A stretch of DNA of 64,000 bases from contig JALHOM010000001.1 in assembly GCA_022842995.1 (NCBI GenBank), positions 10,444 to 74,443 of the forward strand, written 5' to 3'. The notes under the pieces were generated by a model that was not told the DNA's origin, did no database searches, and was given only the letters and a program-made list of their open reading frames with translations. Of this stretch, positions 11,437 through 19,878 are shown in pieces. Origin of the DNA: Candidatus Saccharimonadota bacterium (lineage in GTDB: Bacteria; Patescibacteriota; Saccharimonadia; Saccharimonadales; 2-12-FULL-41-12). Position 1 is the first letter of the stretch. Every line of letters begins with the position of its first letter. A program made the position numbers and the translations under genes.

Positions 11437-11946
11437 TTGAATCATGCAATTCGAGCAAGTAGTTTGCGAATTATCGATGAAGACGGTTCGCAAATAGGAA
11501 TATTAAGTAAGGAAGAGGCCCTTCGCTTGGCCGAAAGCCGCGAGCTCGACCTTGTCGAAATCTCTCCGAATGCTAATCCGCCCGTGGCAAAAATCGTAGA
11601 CTGGGGTAAATTCAATTACCAGCGAACGAAGCAGTTGCAGAAAAACAAACGCAACTCCAAGACCCTTGAGGTAAAACAAATGCGTTTTGGTTTAAAAATT
11701 AGCGATCACGATCTTGGCATTAAACTCAAGAAAACTTCGGAATTCCTTGAGCAAGGCCATAAAGTAAAGCTGGTTATCTTCTATCGAGGACGTGAACTTG
11801 CCCATAAGGACATCGGTTTCACGCTCGCCAACAAGGTAATCGATCAGCTTGGTGATGCTATTGCCGTCGACCAACAGCCACAGCTAAACGGCAAACAACT
11901 AATATTTGTAGTAAGGAGCAGTAATGCCAAAGCTAAAAACGCATAG
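11437..11946 (+). CDS. infC: translation initiation factor IF-3; TTG start in the track (an alternative non-canonical start is possible, as in many infC genes)
   Basis: Reads IRASSLRIIDEDGSQIGILSKEEALRLAESRELDLVEISPNANPPVAKIVDWGKFNYQ. Conserved rpmI and rplT lie downstream. Confidence 0.9.
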   Translation: MNHAIRASSLRIIDEDGSQIGILSKEEALRLAESRELDLVEISPNANPPVAKIVDWGKFNYQRTKQLQKNKRNSKTLEVKQMRFGLKISDHDLGIKLKKTSEFLEQGHKVKLVIFYRGRELAHKDIGFTLANKVIDQLGDAIAVDQQPQLNGKQLIFVVRSSNAKAKNA

Positions 11947-12118
11947 CGGAACAAAAGACCGCTTCCAAATCACCAAGTCAGGTAAGCTCAAGCGACGTCA
12001 CACTGCCATCAATCACTTCTTGAAAAAGAAGAGTGCGAGCACAAAGCGAACTTTCGCTGGTGTCGAAGACGTAACTGGCAAGAACATGAAAAACATCAAG
12101 CGAAAGCTAGGAGTTTAA
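11924..12118 (+). CDS. rpmI: 50S ribosomal protein L35
   Basis: MPKLKTHSGTKDRFQITKSGKLKRRH. It overlaps the infC 3' end, as is typical. Confidence 0.9.
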   Translation: MPKLKTHSGTKDRFQITKSGKLKRRHTAINHFLKKKSASTKRTFAGVEDVTGKNMKNIKRKLGV

Positions 12119-12125
12119 GTAGAAT

Positions 12126-12470
12126 ATGAGAGTTAAAAGAGGCGTTACTAGCCACAGCAAGCACAACAAGATCCGCAAAAGCACTAAAGGCATGACGCGG
12201 TCCAACCGCTCAAGCATTAAAAGAGGCAAACAGGCTGTCACGCGTGCGCTTGTTAATGCAACGCGAGATCGAAAAATTCGTAAACGAACATTTCGAAGTA
12301 TCTGGAATACACGCATTAATGCCGCCGCCCGAATCAACGGCACCACTTACAGCAAACTTATTGCCGGTCTGAAAGCCAGCAACATTCAGCTTGACCGCAA
12401 GGTCTTGGCTGAGCTTGCCGTCAACGAACCAAAAGCATTTGAAGCCGTCGTTAAGGCTACTGCAAAATAA
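12126..12470 (+). CDS. rplT: 50S ribosomal protein L20
   Basis: MRVKRGVTSHSKHNKIRK...RDRKIRKRTFRSIWNTRINAAAR. Confidence 0.9.
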   Translation: MRVKRGVTSHSKHNKIRKSTKGMTRSNRSSIKRGKQAVTRALVNATRDRKIRKRTFRSIWNTRINAAARINGTTYSKLIAGLKASNIQLDRKVLAELAVNEPKAFEAVVKATAK

Positions 12471-12495
12471 GTTTCTAGCAAAAACTATAAATGCA

Positions 12496-12530
12496 TAAAA
12501 AACCCTGGCATAATCCAGGGTTTTTTATTT
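12496..12530 (+). terminator. rho-independent terminator of the infC-rpmI-rplT operon
   Basis: Stem AAAAACCCTGG / CCAGGGTTTTT with loop CATAAT, followed by TTTTATTTT. Confidence 0.6.
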
Positions 12531-12627
12531 TGTCAGACTATCTATAAGCCGGGTTTTGTTCCCGCACCTTTTGATGACTTATTTTTAAACTTTGTAAAAA
12601 AGGATTAAATCAGCAAAAGGTGCGGGA

Positions 12628-13090
12628 GCCAATCATCTATCTAGTCCATCAATTACTCAATGGATCAAGCGGCTTTTACGGTCTGACTTCGGCGGGAAAC
12701 CTTTGAAGACAGACCTCCTTGCAACAGACAGGGTTTACCTACTGATCATGTCACCATGATCTGTTGTGGGCTCTTACCCCACTCTTTTCACCCTTACCCT
12801 CACACCCCTGCACCCAATCTCAGCCAGCAAGCAAAGCTTGCTGCGCCAGATTGTAGGGCTATTGCTACGTCAAAGCCTTGCGAGATTCAGTCGACGTATT
12901 CAAATACGTCTCCTTCGAATTTCTCAGACTTTTCCTAGCACTAGCCTCTTGCAGAGGCGTGAGGGCGGTATTGTTTCTGTGGCACTTTCCCTAGAGTTAC
13001 CTCTGGTTGCCGTTAGCAACTGTCATTCCCTACGTTGCCCGGACTTTCCTCCCGTGCCTTGTAAGGCACGGGCGATTGGCCGATAGTCTA
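12628..13090 (-). ncRNA. rnpB: RNase P RNA, bacterial type (rnpB)
   Basis: The minus strand contains the universally conserved P4 motif GAGGAAAGTCCGGGC, preceded by a P3 hairpin (CCCGTGCCTTACAAGGCACGGG). It also contains GGGTAAGGGTGAAAAGAGTGGGGTAAGAGCCCAC, matching E. coli AGGUAAGGGUGAAAGGGUGCGGUAAGAGCGCACC. The 5' GCCAATC and 3' GATTGGC can form P1. The overlapping + ORFs (12756-12938, 12766-13086) are spurious. Confidence 0.7.
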
Positions 13091-13128
13091 ACTCTCCTAG
13101 TATACCACCCGAAATTTACGATAGTTGT

Positions 13129-13803
13129 TTACTCAATCTGAGAATCAAGACATTCATTAACCATGCTATCGGCCAACTTATTTAGCTCGCGAGGTACGTG
13201 CGTAAAAGTTACTTTGCGAAACTCCAAAGCCAAAGTTTTCACCGACTCATAGACCGGCCATAGGTCACGGTTTTTCACTTTATAAACGCCCTTCATCTGG
13301 TTCACTACCAGCAAACTATCCATGTGAACCTGAACTTCTTGAATATTAAGCGATCGACATTTCTCTAACCCCACCTTCAAACCTTGATACTCCGCCTGAT
13401 TGTTCGTAGTAATTCCTAGGTATTTTGAGTCCTTGTGGAGCAAATTATCTTCTAGGTCATAGATCCCGTAGCCGATAGCCGATGGACCCGGGTTGCCACG
13501 CGAACCACCGTCGGTAAATAATTTTACGACGTTAGTTTTATTATTGGTAGCTACGCTAACCTCTAGTCCAAGGTTGAGTTGCGAGTCGTTATCCACATCA
13601 TTAAATTTATGAATATTCTTAAGCGCAAACTCACGCTCCTCGTTTTTGGTTACGTCAGTAGCGGTTAAAAACCACTGCTGCCCCGTATGCCACTGAGTTT
13701 CCCCGAACCAGACCTTAACAGGTATGATCACCCTGTCATTCGTCGCGCCCTTCCAATTAGTGTAATTAATTACGATTTTTTTATTTTTGCCTGTCATACT
13801 CAT
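13129..13803 (-). CDS. RNase H (type 1)-like protein with an uncharacterised ~95-aa N-terminal domain; start moved to the internal Met (MSMTGKNKK)
   Basis: C-terminal half has TDGGSRGNPGPSAIGYG ... NNQAEYQGL ... ELNKLADSM, the RNase HI D-E-D-D scaffold. The 5' 120 nt of the track ORF overlaps a tRNA-derived fragment and is probably not coding. Confidence 0.55.
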   Translation of the reverse strand: MSMTGKNKKIVINYTNWKGATNDRVIIPVKVWFGETQWHTGQQWFLTATDVTKNEEREFALKNIHKFNDVDNDSQLNLGLEVSVATNNKTNVVKLFTDGGSRGNPGPSAIGYGIYDLEDNLLHKDSKYLGITTNNQAEYQGLKVGLEKCRSLNIQEVQVHMDSLLVVNQMKGVYKVKNRDLWPVYESVKTLALEFRKVTFTHVPRELNKLADSMVNECLDSQIE

Positions 13804-13862
13804 TCCATAATACCACGCTCGTTTTAGCAAGACGACCAGAGTTATGCAATAATAAATACATC

Positions 13863-13898
13863 GATGTGGCGCAGATCGCAACCGCGTACGGCTGGGGT
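13863..13898 (+). pseudogene. degenerate copy of the 5' half of tRNA-Pro (D-arm plus anticodon arm)
   Basis: GATGTGGCGCAG...GCGTACGGCTGGGG matches the tRNA-Pro at 14124-14199 in two blocks of 13 and 14 identical nt, with a divergent D-loop. Confidence 0.4.
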
Positions 13899-14123
13899 GA
13901 GAAATGCCAGTGGCATTTCGCAAGGCCGGAAACTGATTTTAAGCTATGCTTAAAGTAAGTTGAGGCGGGTGAAGAGATTTAGTAAATCTCTGCAAGAAGA
14001 CTTTCTTCATCAAACTTGTTTAATTGAATGAAATCTTGGGGTGGCTGAAAGTGACCGCGGAACGTGACCGTGAGGTACCGAAATGGCTAAACCCCTCAAG
14101 ATAATGTGAGATAATAGACGCAT

Positions 14124-14199
14124 CGGGATGTGGCGCAGTTGGTAGCGCGTACGGCTGGGGGCCGTGAGGTCGCAAGTTCAAGTCTTGTCATCCCGACCA
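14124..14199 (+). tRNA. tRNA-Pro (anticodon GGG)
   Basis: Cloverleaf: acceptor CGGGATG / CATCCCG, D-arm GCGC-AGTTGGTA-GCGC, anticodon arm TACGG-CTGGGGG-CCGTG, T-arm GCAAG-TTCAAGT-CTTGT, then A-CCA encoded. Confidence 0.8.
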
Positions 14200-14203
14200 A
14201 ATT

Positions 14204-14236
14204 AAATAACCACTTTTTAAGTGGTTATTTAATTTG
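14204..14236 (+). terminator. hairpin terminator after tRNA-Pro (possibly bidirectional)
   Basis: Stem AAATAACCACT / AGTGGTTATTT with loop TTTTA, flanked by A- and T-rich runs. Confidence 0.45.
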
Positions 14237-14434
14237 AAGACAATCAAAAAACCGTCCCAGAGGGAACGGCGGACTGACTTGATTAATCCGCTGGTTAGCG
14301 GATGGGTTGCCTCACGTCAAAGCCACGGCTCTAACAAATATTAGCATCCCTTGTCGTAATGGTATTCAGATAATCTTTTGCCAGCTACCCGCCATCCCCT
14401 CAAGAACGGCTACTTACTAGTATACCGCGTAATA

Positions 14435-15049
14435 CTACAGTAGTAGACTAAGAACTTTGTTGTTTAATTCTACTATGAATCTTGGTGCCGCCAAGACCAA
14501 TGCGATAACAATAAATAGTCCAAATTGTTCAAGAGAAGCCAATAGTTTTTGCAAGGGTTCAGGAGAAAACGCATACAAGACTCGTGATCCATCAAGAGGT
14601 GGAATAGGAATCATATTAAACACAAACAATCCAACATTAATCATGACGAATATAACGACCACCTGAAGAACATCGGCCGTCATAGCTCCCTTGCCTACCA
14701 TTAAGACTATCGAGCCAAAGATTGCCAAGACTAGATTCGTCAACGGCCCCGCAGCGGCAATCATAGCAACACCGAATTCTTCGTACTTTACCCTATCCGG
14801 ATTAAATGGCACCGGCTTAGCTGCAAGAATTGGGACTTTAAATATCAGCAAAGTAATGATCGGCAAAGCAATGGTCGTAAGCGGATCAATATGCTTAGCC
14901 GGATTGAGAGAAATCCTTCCCTCCTCTTTCGCTGTATCATCACCTAAAAAATAGCCTGCATAGGCATGCACCGCCTCATGAAGCGTTATCGAAATTACCA
15001 AAACCACCAACACCGTCAGCAGATTGCTTAAACTCAGAGAATCTATCAT
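14435..15049 (-). CDS. site-2 protease (peptidase M50) family membrane metalloprotease
   Basis: HEAVHAY (HExxH inside a TM helix), a downstream LDGSRV motif, and several TM segments. Confidence 0.7.
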   Translation of the reverse strand: MIDSLSLSNLLTVLVVLVISITLHEAVHAYAGYFLGDDTAKEEGRISLNPAKHIDPLTTIALPIITLLIFKVPILAAKPVPFNPDRVKYEEFGVAMIAAAGPLTNLVLAIFGSIVLMVGKGAMTADVLQVVVIFVMINVGLFVFNMIPIPPLDGSRVLYAFSPEPLQKLLASLEQFGLFIVIALVLAAPRFIVELNNKVLSLLL

Positions 15050-15135
15050 TACAGATTAAAGTATACCATTAAACTCTCGCTCAGATACGTAAGCTTCCAC
15101 AGCAATAAACTAACTCTTTTATTGCCCCGATAAAG

Positions 15136-15164
15136 TTGACTTTTAAGGTGTTACAGGTTAGAAT
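15136..15164 (+). promoter_or_regulatory. sigma70-like promoter TTGACT-N17-TAGAAT for rpmB
   Basis: TTGACT at 15136-15141, 17-nt spacer, TAGAAT at 15159-15164. Same architecture as the infC promoter. Confidence 0.5.
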
Positions 15165-15213
15165 TAACATTAACATTCAATATAGTATAGAAGTGATTAA
15201 AGGTTAGTTTATT

Positions 15214-15408
15214 ATGCAAAAATGCGATATTACCGGTAAGGGCAAACAGTACGGACACAACGTCAGCTTCTCTTTGCGCCGAACTAAAAAAGTCTGGAAG
15301 CCAAACCTTCAAACCAAAACTGTCGTTGTTGACGGCAAAAAAGTTCGCCTTAAAGTGAGCGCCAGCGCCATTCGAACTCTCAAGAAAAAAGGTCTTTTAA
15401 CCTCTTAA
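15214..15408 (+). CDS. rpmB: 50S ribosomal protein L28
   Basis: MQKCDITGKGKQYGHNVSFSLRRTKKVWKPNLQ. Confidence 0.85.
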   Translation: MQKCDITGKGKQYGHNVSFSLRRTKKVWKPNLQTKTVVVDGKKVRLKVSASAIRTLKKKGLLTS

Positions 15409-15428
15409 AACTGTTTCCAAAAAACACA

Positions 15429-15477
15429 AATAACCCCGTGTTCCAAAGGACTTGCCAGCGGATACGGGGTTATTTTT
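15429..15477 (+). terminator. terminator after rpmB
   Basis: Stem ATAACCCCGT / ACGGGGTTAT (10 bp) followed by TTTTTT. The loop is long (~24 nt). Confidence 0.45.
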
Positions 15478-15513
15478 TGTCTAACTATTCTCTTGGCGCG
15501 TACGAAGGAGGTT

Positions 15514-16143
15514 CTACTTGCGATCTATAACGATAAGTCGGGTAACGTCCGACATTTCACCACCCTTTAGTTTCAGAACGTCCACCGTTTCTGCCGGCTC
15601 CATAGCCAACGTCTTCAAAGCAGTTTCTAGATCAGTTTGAGGTACTTCAAAGTTTAATGAAGCATCCGAGTAGTGGGTAGGAATAACAATTTTCGGCTCA
15701 ATTTTGCGCACAATCTTTTGTGCACCAATACCGTCTAACGTATAACCATTTCCCCCGACGGGAATCGTTAAAACATCGATGGTTCCCAACTCTTCAAGCT
15801 GTTCTTCACTTAAATCTGGGTGGATGTGACCAATGACGGCAATCCGAACATCATCGATAATCACGCGGTAAATTGTTGCCATCTTTCCGGCCTTTTCGTC
15901 GTCTACATGGGCCCTGGCTGCAATGCCCATGACCGAAACATCAGAAACCTCGTACTCGCCTGGGCCAGACACCACAAACTTGGCAACAGAAGAAATATTA
16001 CCCATACGCTCATCTGTTACGAGCTGAATGTCTTTGTCGGTAACCTGGCTTTTTGCTCCAAGGTGAACGATATCATCAACCACCACAGACGTCTTTTTTG
16101 TACTGAATCTCAGGCAATTACCACCGTAAAATTTTATTTCCAT
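15514..16143 (-). CDS. MBL-fold metallo-hydrolase (UPF0173 / UlaG-like Zn-dependent hydrolase)
   Basis: MEIKFYGGNCLRF start and an IGHIHPD motif typical of small MBL-fold hydrolases. Confidence 0.65.
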   Translation of the reverse strand: MEIKFYGGNCLRFSTKKTSVVVDDIVHLGAKSQVTDKDIQLVTDERMGNISSVAKFVVSGPGEYEVSDVSVMGIAARAHVDDEKAGKMATIYRVIIDDVRIAVIGHIHPDLSEEQLEELGTIDVLTIPVGGNGYTLDGIGAQKIVRKIEPKIVIPTHYSDASLNFEVPQTDLETALKTLAMEPAETVDVLKLKGGEMSDVTRLIVIDRK

Positions 16144-16160
16144 ATACCTCTCACTTACTC

Positions 16161-16841
16161 TTATGCTTTTTTGATAGTTTTTGAGCCAGACTTGGTCGCT
16201 ACCGATCGTTTCTCGGAATTCTCTTGCCCAGTCTCTGAGCCACTTTTATTCCCAAAAATCTTATCAACCAATATCTGCATCTTTGATTCCATCACTTTGG
16301 CCAAAAATTTATCATTGATCTGCCGACGGTATTCGAACTCACTAAGCGACATAGACGTATAGCGGATCTCTTTGCCTTCTTTTTGTTCCATCTCGGCAAC
16401 AAATTTACCAAGCTGGGTATGGTTAACATCCCCTACAACCATAAAATCTATTCCGCTTCTTTCGTCACGAGTAAACTGACCAGTCAACAGCGCAAGCTCT
16501 ACATGACCCAGAACTTTTAACTCACTCGGCATACTGCGAGGTTCACCTTCCGTAGCCGGATCAATTTTCACTGTACCGACGACTGGCGCTCCGCCAAAAA
16601 TTTGCGATAGCGGAATAAAATACTCGTATTTTTGATTAACTTCGTAATAAAGCTTATTGTTAGTGGTTTCTGAACTGATGATTCCGACACTGAGTAAATT
16701 CGATAGCTCACGCCGGACTGAATTAATTTGCTCATCAATTTTGCGAGTAATTTCACGGACATAAAAGGAGCGATTCGGGTTACTGTAGAACAGTTGCAAC
16801 AACTTAACTCGCGTCTTGGACCCAAATAACTGCTCAATCAT
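16161..16841 (-). CDS. hypothetical protein with an N-terminal winged-helix-like domain
   Basis: N-terminus KTRVKLLQLFYSNPNRSFYVREITRKIDEQINSVRRELSNL resembles a wHTH. The C-terminal domain is unassigned. Confidence 0.4.
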   Translation of the reverse strand: MIEQLFGSKTRVKLLQLFYSNPNRSFYVREITRKIDEQINSVRRELSNLLSVGIISSETTNNKLYYEVNQKYEYFIPLSQIFGGAPVVGTVKIDPATEGEPRSMPSELKVLGHVELALLTGQFTRDERSGIDFMVVGDVNHTQLGKFVAEMEQKEGKEIRYTSMSLSEFEYRRQINDKFLAKVMESKMQILVDKIFGNKSGSETGQENSEKRSVATKSGSKTIKKA

Positions 16842-16853
16842 AAATACATTGTA

Positions 16854-17702
16854 TCAAACTAGGCTTAGTTTTGCCCTGATTAATTGTTCACCTTCGGCAG
16901 CCGATCCAACCCATTGTATGTCTTTGTTTCGTTTAAACCAGGTCAATTGTCGCTTTGCGAGTGCTTTGTCATTCGCAATAAACAGATTAATTGCTTCTTG
17001 TTCACTTATTTTTGAACTCAAAAAATCAATAAACGGACGATATCCCGGAGCCGTAAATCCCGGCGCATCTGGACCATATTTTTCTACTAACCGCGAAACT
17101 TCCTGAACAAACCCGGCGTTTAGCATGGTATAGACACGTTGTTCGATCCTTTCATAAAGCACGTCTTGCTCAACACGCATTCCAAGGATTAATGCATCGG
17201 TGGACCCCCTTTTTCCTGGCTCCCCTCCTCTACGAATAAAACCCTTGAGATGGCGCGGGTTTTGATAAATCTGATCAGGCACAATGTAACCAGCATCACG
17301 AGCAATTGCCTGGAGTTCTGGCAAATCATCAGGTAAGGTATCTTCTACTTTTTGAATGCCAAAATCATAGTCATATAAAACCGCATCCGCGTACAGTCCA
17401 GTTCCGCCTACCAAAAAAGGCACTTTTCCTCGTGATTTTATGTCGGTAATTGCCATTTCGGCGGCTATTTTAAAACTATGGACGCTATAACTTTCACCAG
17501 GAGAAATGAGATTAATGCAGTGGTGACGAACTACCGCCATCTCCTCTGCAGTCGGCTTGGCCGTACCAATATTCATCTCTTTATATATAGTTCGTGAATC
17601 AGCCGCGATAATTTCACCGTTGAATCTCTCGGCTAATCTTATGCCGAGTGCACTTTTGCCACTGGCCGTCGGACCGACAATCGCAATCACTCCGGTTGCC
17701 AT
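16854..17702 (-). CDS. miaA: tRNA dimethylallyltransferase
   Basis: IAIVGPTASGKSALGIRLAERFNGEIIAADSRTIYKEMNIGTAKPT (P-loop and MiaA signature). Confidence 0.85.
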   Translation of the reverse strand: MATGVIAIVGPTASGKSALGIRLAERFNGEIIAADSRTIYKEMNIGTAKPTAEEMAVVRHHCINLISPGESYSVHSFKIAAEMAITDIKSRGKVPFLVGGTGLYADAVLYDYDFGIQKVEDTLPDDLPELQAIARDAGYIVPDQIYQNPRHLKGFIRRGGEPGKRGSTDALILGMRVEQDVLYERIEQRVYTMLNAGFVQEVSRLVEKYGPDAPGFTAPGYRPFIDFLSSKISEQEAINLFIANDKALAKRQLTWFKRNKDIQWVGSAAEGEQLIRAKLSLV

Positions 17703-18004
17703 AGATACCTCTGTATATCTATTTTGAAATCTACGTCTACCAATATACCCTCTGACTCAAGATGCTGTTTATGCGCAACCCTACCACCAGGGTAGCCAGA
17801 TGCCAAACCACCTCTCTTATTCACCACCCTGTGCCACGGCAAGGCAGGATCACCATAATGCGCAATCCCACCAACAATCCGTGCCGCCCGCGCATTGCCA
17901 CACAGGCCCGCAATCTGACCATAAGTCATGACTCTTCCGGGAGGGATCGAGGATACAATAACGTTCACGCGTTCCCGGAAATTCTGCGCACTAACTTCTG
18001 TCAC
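17687..18004 (-). CDS. alkyltransferase-like (ATL) protein: MGMT/Ogt DNA-binding domain with Trp replacing the active-site Cys
   Basis: The motif reads PWHRVVN rather than the canonical PCHRV; a helix-turn-helix (YGQIAG) lies upstream. The gene overlaps the miaA start by 16 nt. Confidence 0.7.
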   Translation of the reverse strand: MTEVSAQNFRERVNVIVSSIPPGRVMTYGQIAGLCGNARAARIVGGIAHYGDPALPWHRVVNKRGGLASGYPGGRVAHKQHLESEGILVDVDFKIDIQRYLWQPE

Positions 18005-18018
18005 AATACCCGTCTCCC

Positions 18019-19878
18019 CTACAGGGAGGTTTTACTGACGCGCATTTTCGTCTCGTTGCGCACCGTTTTAAAGAAGTCCTCTATCTGAAGCTCTGGGTGC
18101 GTCGAGATAACGACCAAATCTTGTCGAACACGTGGCGTAACTCGCCCACTGGCAATCTCTTTTTCGCCAAGTACCAGCGTATACGGCACCTTCCAGACCT
18201 CGGCATCGCGAATTTTTTTGCCAACCGATTCGTTAGAGTTATCTACCTGAACTCGGATACCGAACTGCTTAGCAGTTTCTATGACTTTGCCGGCGAATTC
18301 CAAAGTCTCAGCTTCTTGGTTAACAGTAATCAGCCTAACTTGCTCAGGTGCAAGCCAAATTGGAAACTTCCCGGCGCTATGCTCAATATAAATAGACAAA
18401 AAGCGTTCAATTGACCCCATAATTGCAGCATGGACCATCAAAATTCTTTCTTCCTCACCAGCTTCATTGGTACAGTTCAGATCAAAGCCTTCTGGCTGGT
18501 TGAAATCAAGCTGGATTGTTGCCACCTGCCACACACGACCGATAGCGTCTTTGGCCATAAAATCAATTTTCGGACCATAAAATGCCGCTTCACCGACGCC
18601 CTTTAGGAAGTTATCTCCGACCTTGCTCGTAATAAGGCTCAGTAGTTTATCTTCGGCATTCAGCCAGTCAGCTTCTGTGCCAGAATACGCATTCATATTT
18701 TCAGGATCGTGAGTCGAGAATCGTACTTGTAGCTCAAACCCGCAAACCCCGTAAAACCGATCAATTATGTCCCAAATCTTCATAGCCTCGTCTTCAACTT
18801 GACTGTTTCGGCAAAAAACATGAGCATCATCTTGGGCAAATGATCGAACACGGCTCAAACCAGAAAGCTCACCGGTCTGCTCATCGCGGTAACAAGTAGT
18901 CGTTTCGCGGTACCTAATGGGTAGCTCCCGGTAAGATCGTTGTCGGGAGGCGTAAAGTTGCGTGTGATGGGGGCAATTCATCGGCTTCATCGCAAATTCA
19001 TGTCCTTCACGCGTTGTAATCTTGAAAAGCTCTTCTTGAAACTTCGCCCAGTGGCCACTCTTCTCATACAAGTCTTTCTTGGTTATATGAGGGATTGAAA
19101 CCTCCTGATAGCCATATTCGTCACGCATTTCTTGCACAAATTCGTTCAGTTTGTTGCGCAATACCGTTCCTCTCGGTGTCCAAAGCGGTAAGCCAGGACC
19201 CACAAGATCTGAAAACGTAAACAAATCTAATTCCTGGCCCAACTTACGATGATCACGCTTCTTGGCTTCTTCCAACATCTCGAGGTGCGCCCGCAGTTCT
19301 TTAGGTGTTTTAAAAGCCACACCGTACAATCGTTGCATCTGCGGATTAGTCTCTTTACCGCGCCAATACGCACCGGCGACTCTCATAAGCTTGAATGCTC
19401 CAACCAACCCCGTATGTTCAACGTGCGGGCCCCGGCATAAATCGCAGAAATCGCCATTAGTATAGAAAGAAACGTTCTCAACCTTACTATCCCCACCAGC
19501 TTCAAGACCCAATTCAGCCGTATCTAAATCCTTCGCAACAGTGGTGCCTGCTCGCTTGAGGTCATTAAGCAACTCTTCTTTATACGGTTGCCCTGCCCCT
19601 TTAGCCCAGGCAATGGCCTCGTCAATTGGCTTTTCGGATCTTTCAAAAGGCTGCTTAGCGTCAATTACCCGCTTCATCTCACCTTCAATTTTGTCAAAGT
19701 CGTCTTCGCTGATCTTGGTCTCACCAAGGTCAATATCATAATAAAACCCGTTCTCCACCACTGGACCAACGCCTAATTTGGCACCCGGCCACAGAGTCGT
19801 GACGGCGGTCGCCATAATATGCGCCAAGCTGTGTCTCATCGCATATAGATACTGTTCGTCTGTTTGCTTCTCTGCCAT
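18019..19878 (-). CDS. thrS: threonine--tRNA ligase
   Basis: Second-additional domain HxxxH (RHSLAHIMATAV), class II aaRS core motifs and a C-terminal anticodon-binding domain. Length 619 aa. Confidence 0.9.
   Translation of the reverse strand: MAEKQTDEQYLYAMRHSLAHIMATAVTTLWPGAKLGVGPVVENGFYYDIDLGETKISEDDFDKIEGEMKRVIDAKQPFERSEKPIDEAIAWAKGAGQPYKEELLNDLKRAGTTVAKDLDTAELGLEAGGDSKVENVSFYTNGDFCDLCRGPHVEHTGLVGAFKLMRVAGAYWRGKETNPQMQRLYGVAFKTPKELRAHLEMLEEAKKRDHRKLGQELDLFTFSDLVGPGLPLWTPRGTVLRNKLNEFVQEMRDEYGYQEVSIPHITKKDLYEKSGHWAKFQEELFKITTREGHEFAMKPMNCPHHTQLYASRQRSYRELPIRYRETTTCYRDEQTGELSGLSRVRSFAQDDAHVFCRNSQVEDEAMKIWDIIDRFYGVCGFELQVRFSTHDPENMNAYSGTEADWLNAEDKLLSLITSKVGDNFLKGVGEAAFYGPKIDFMAKDAIGRVWQVATIQLDFNQPEGFDLNCTNEAGEEERILMVHAAIMGSIERFLSIYIEHSAGKFPIWLAPEQVRLITVNQEAETLEFAGKVIETAKQFGIRVQVDNSNESVGKKIRDAEVWKVPYTLVLGEKEIASGRVTPRVRQDLVVISTHPELQIEDFFKTVRNETKMRVSKTSL

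Noticed and set aside
12756-13086. ORFs 12756-12938 and 12766-13086
   Set aside because: They overlap the RNase P RNA gene on the opposite strand, which has conserved P4 and other blocks. Their composition is not protein-like.
13804-13923. N-terminal 40 codons of track ORF 13129-13923
   Set aside because: This segment contains the tRNA-Pro-derived fragment. An internal Met with the pilin-like MSMTGKNKK context gives a cleaner start for the RNase H-like gene.
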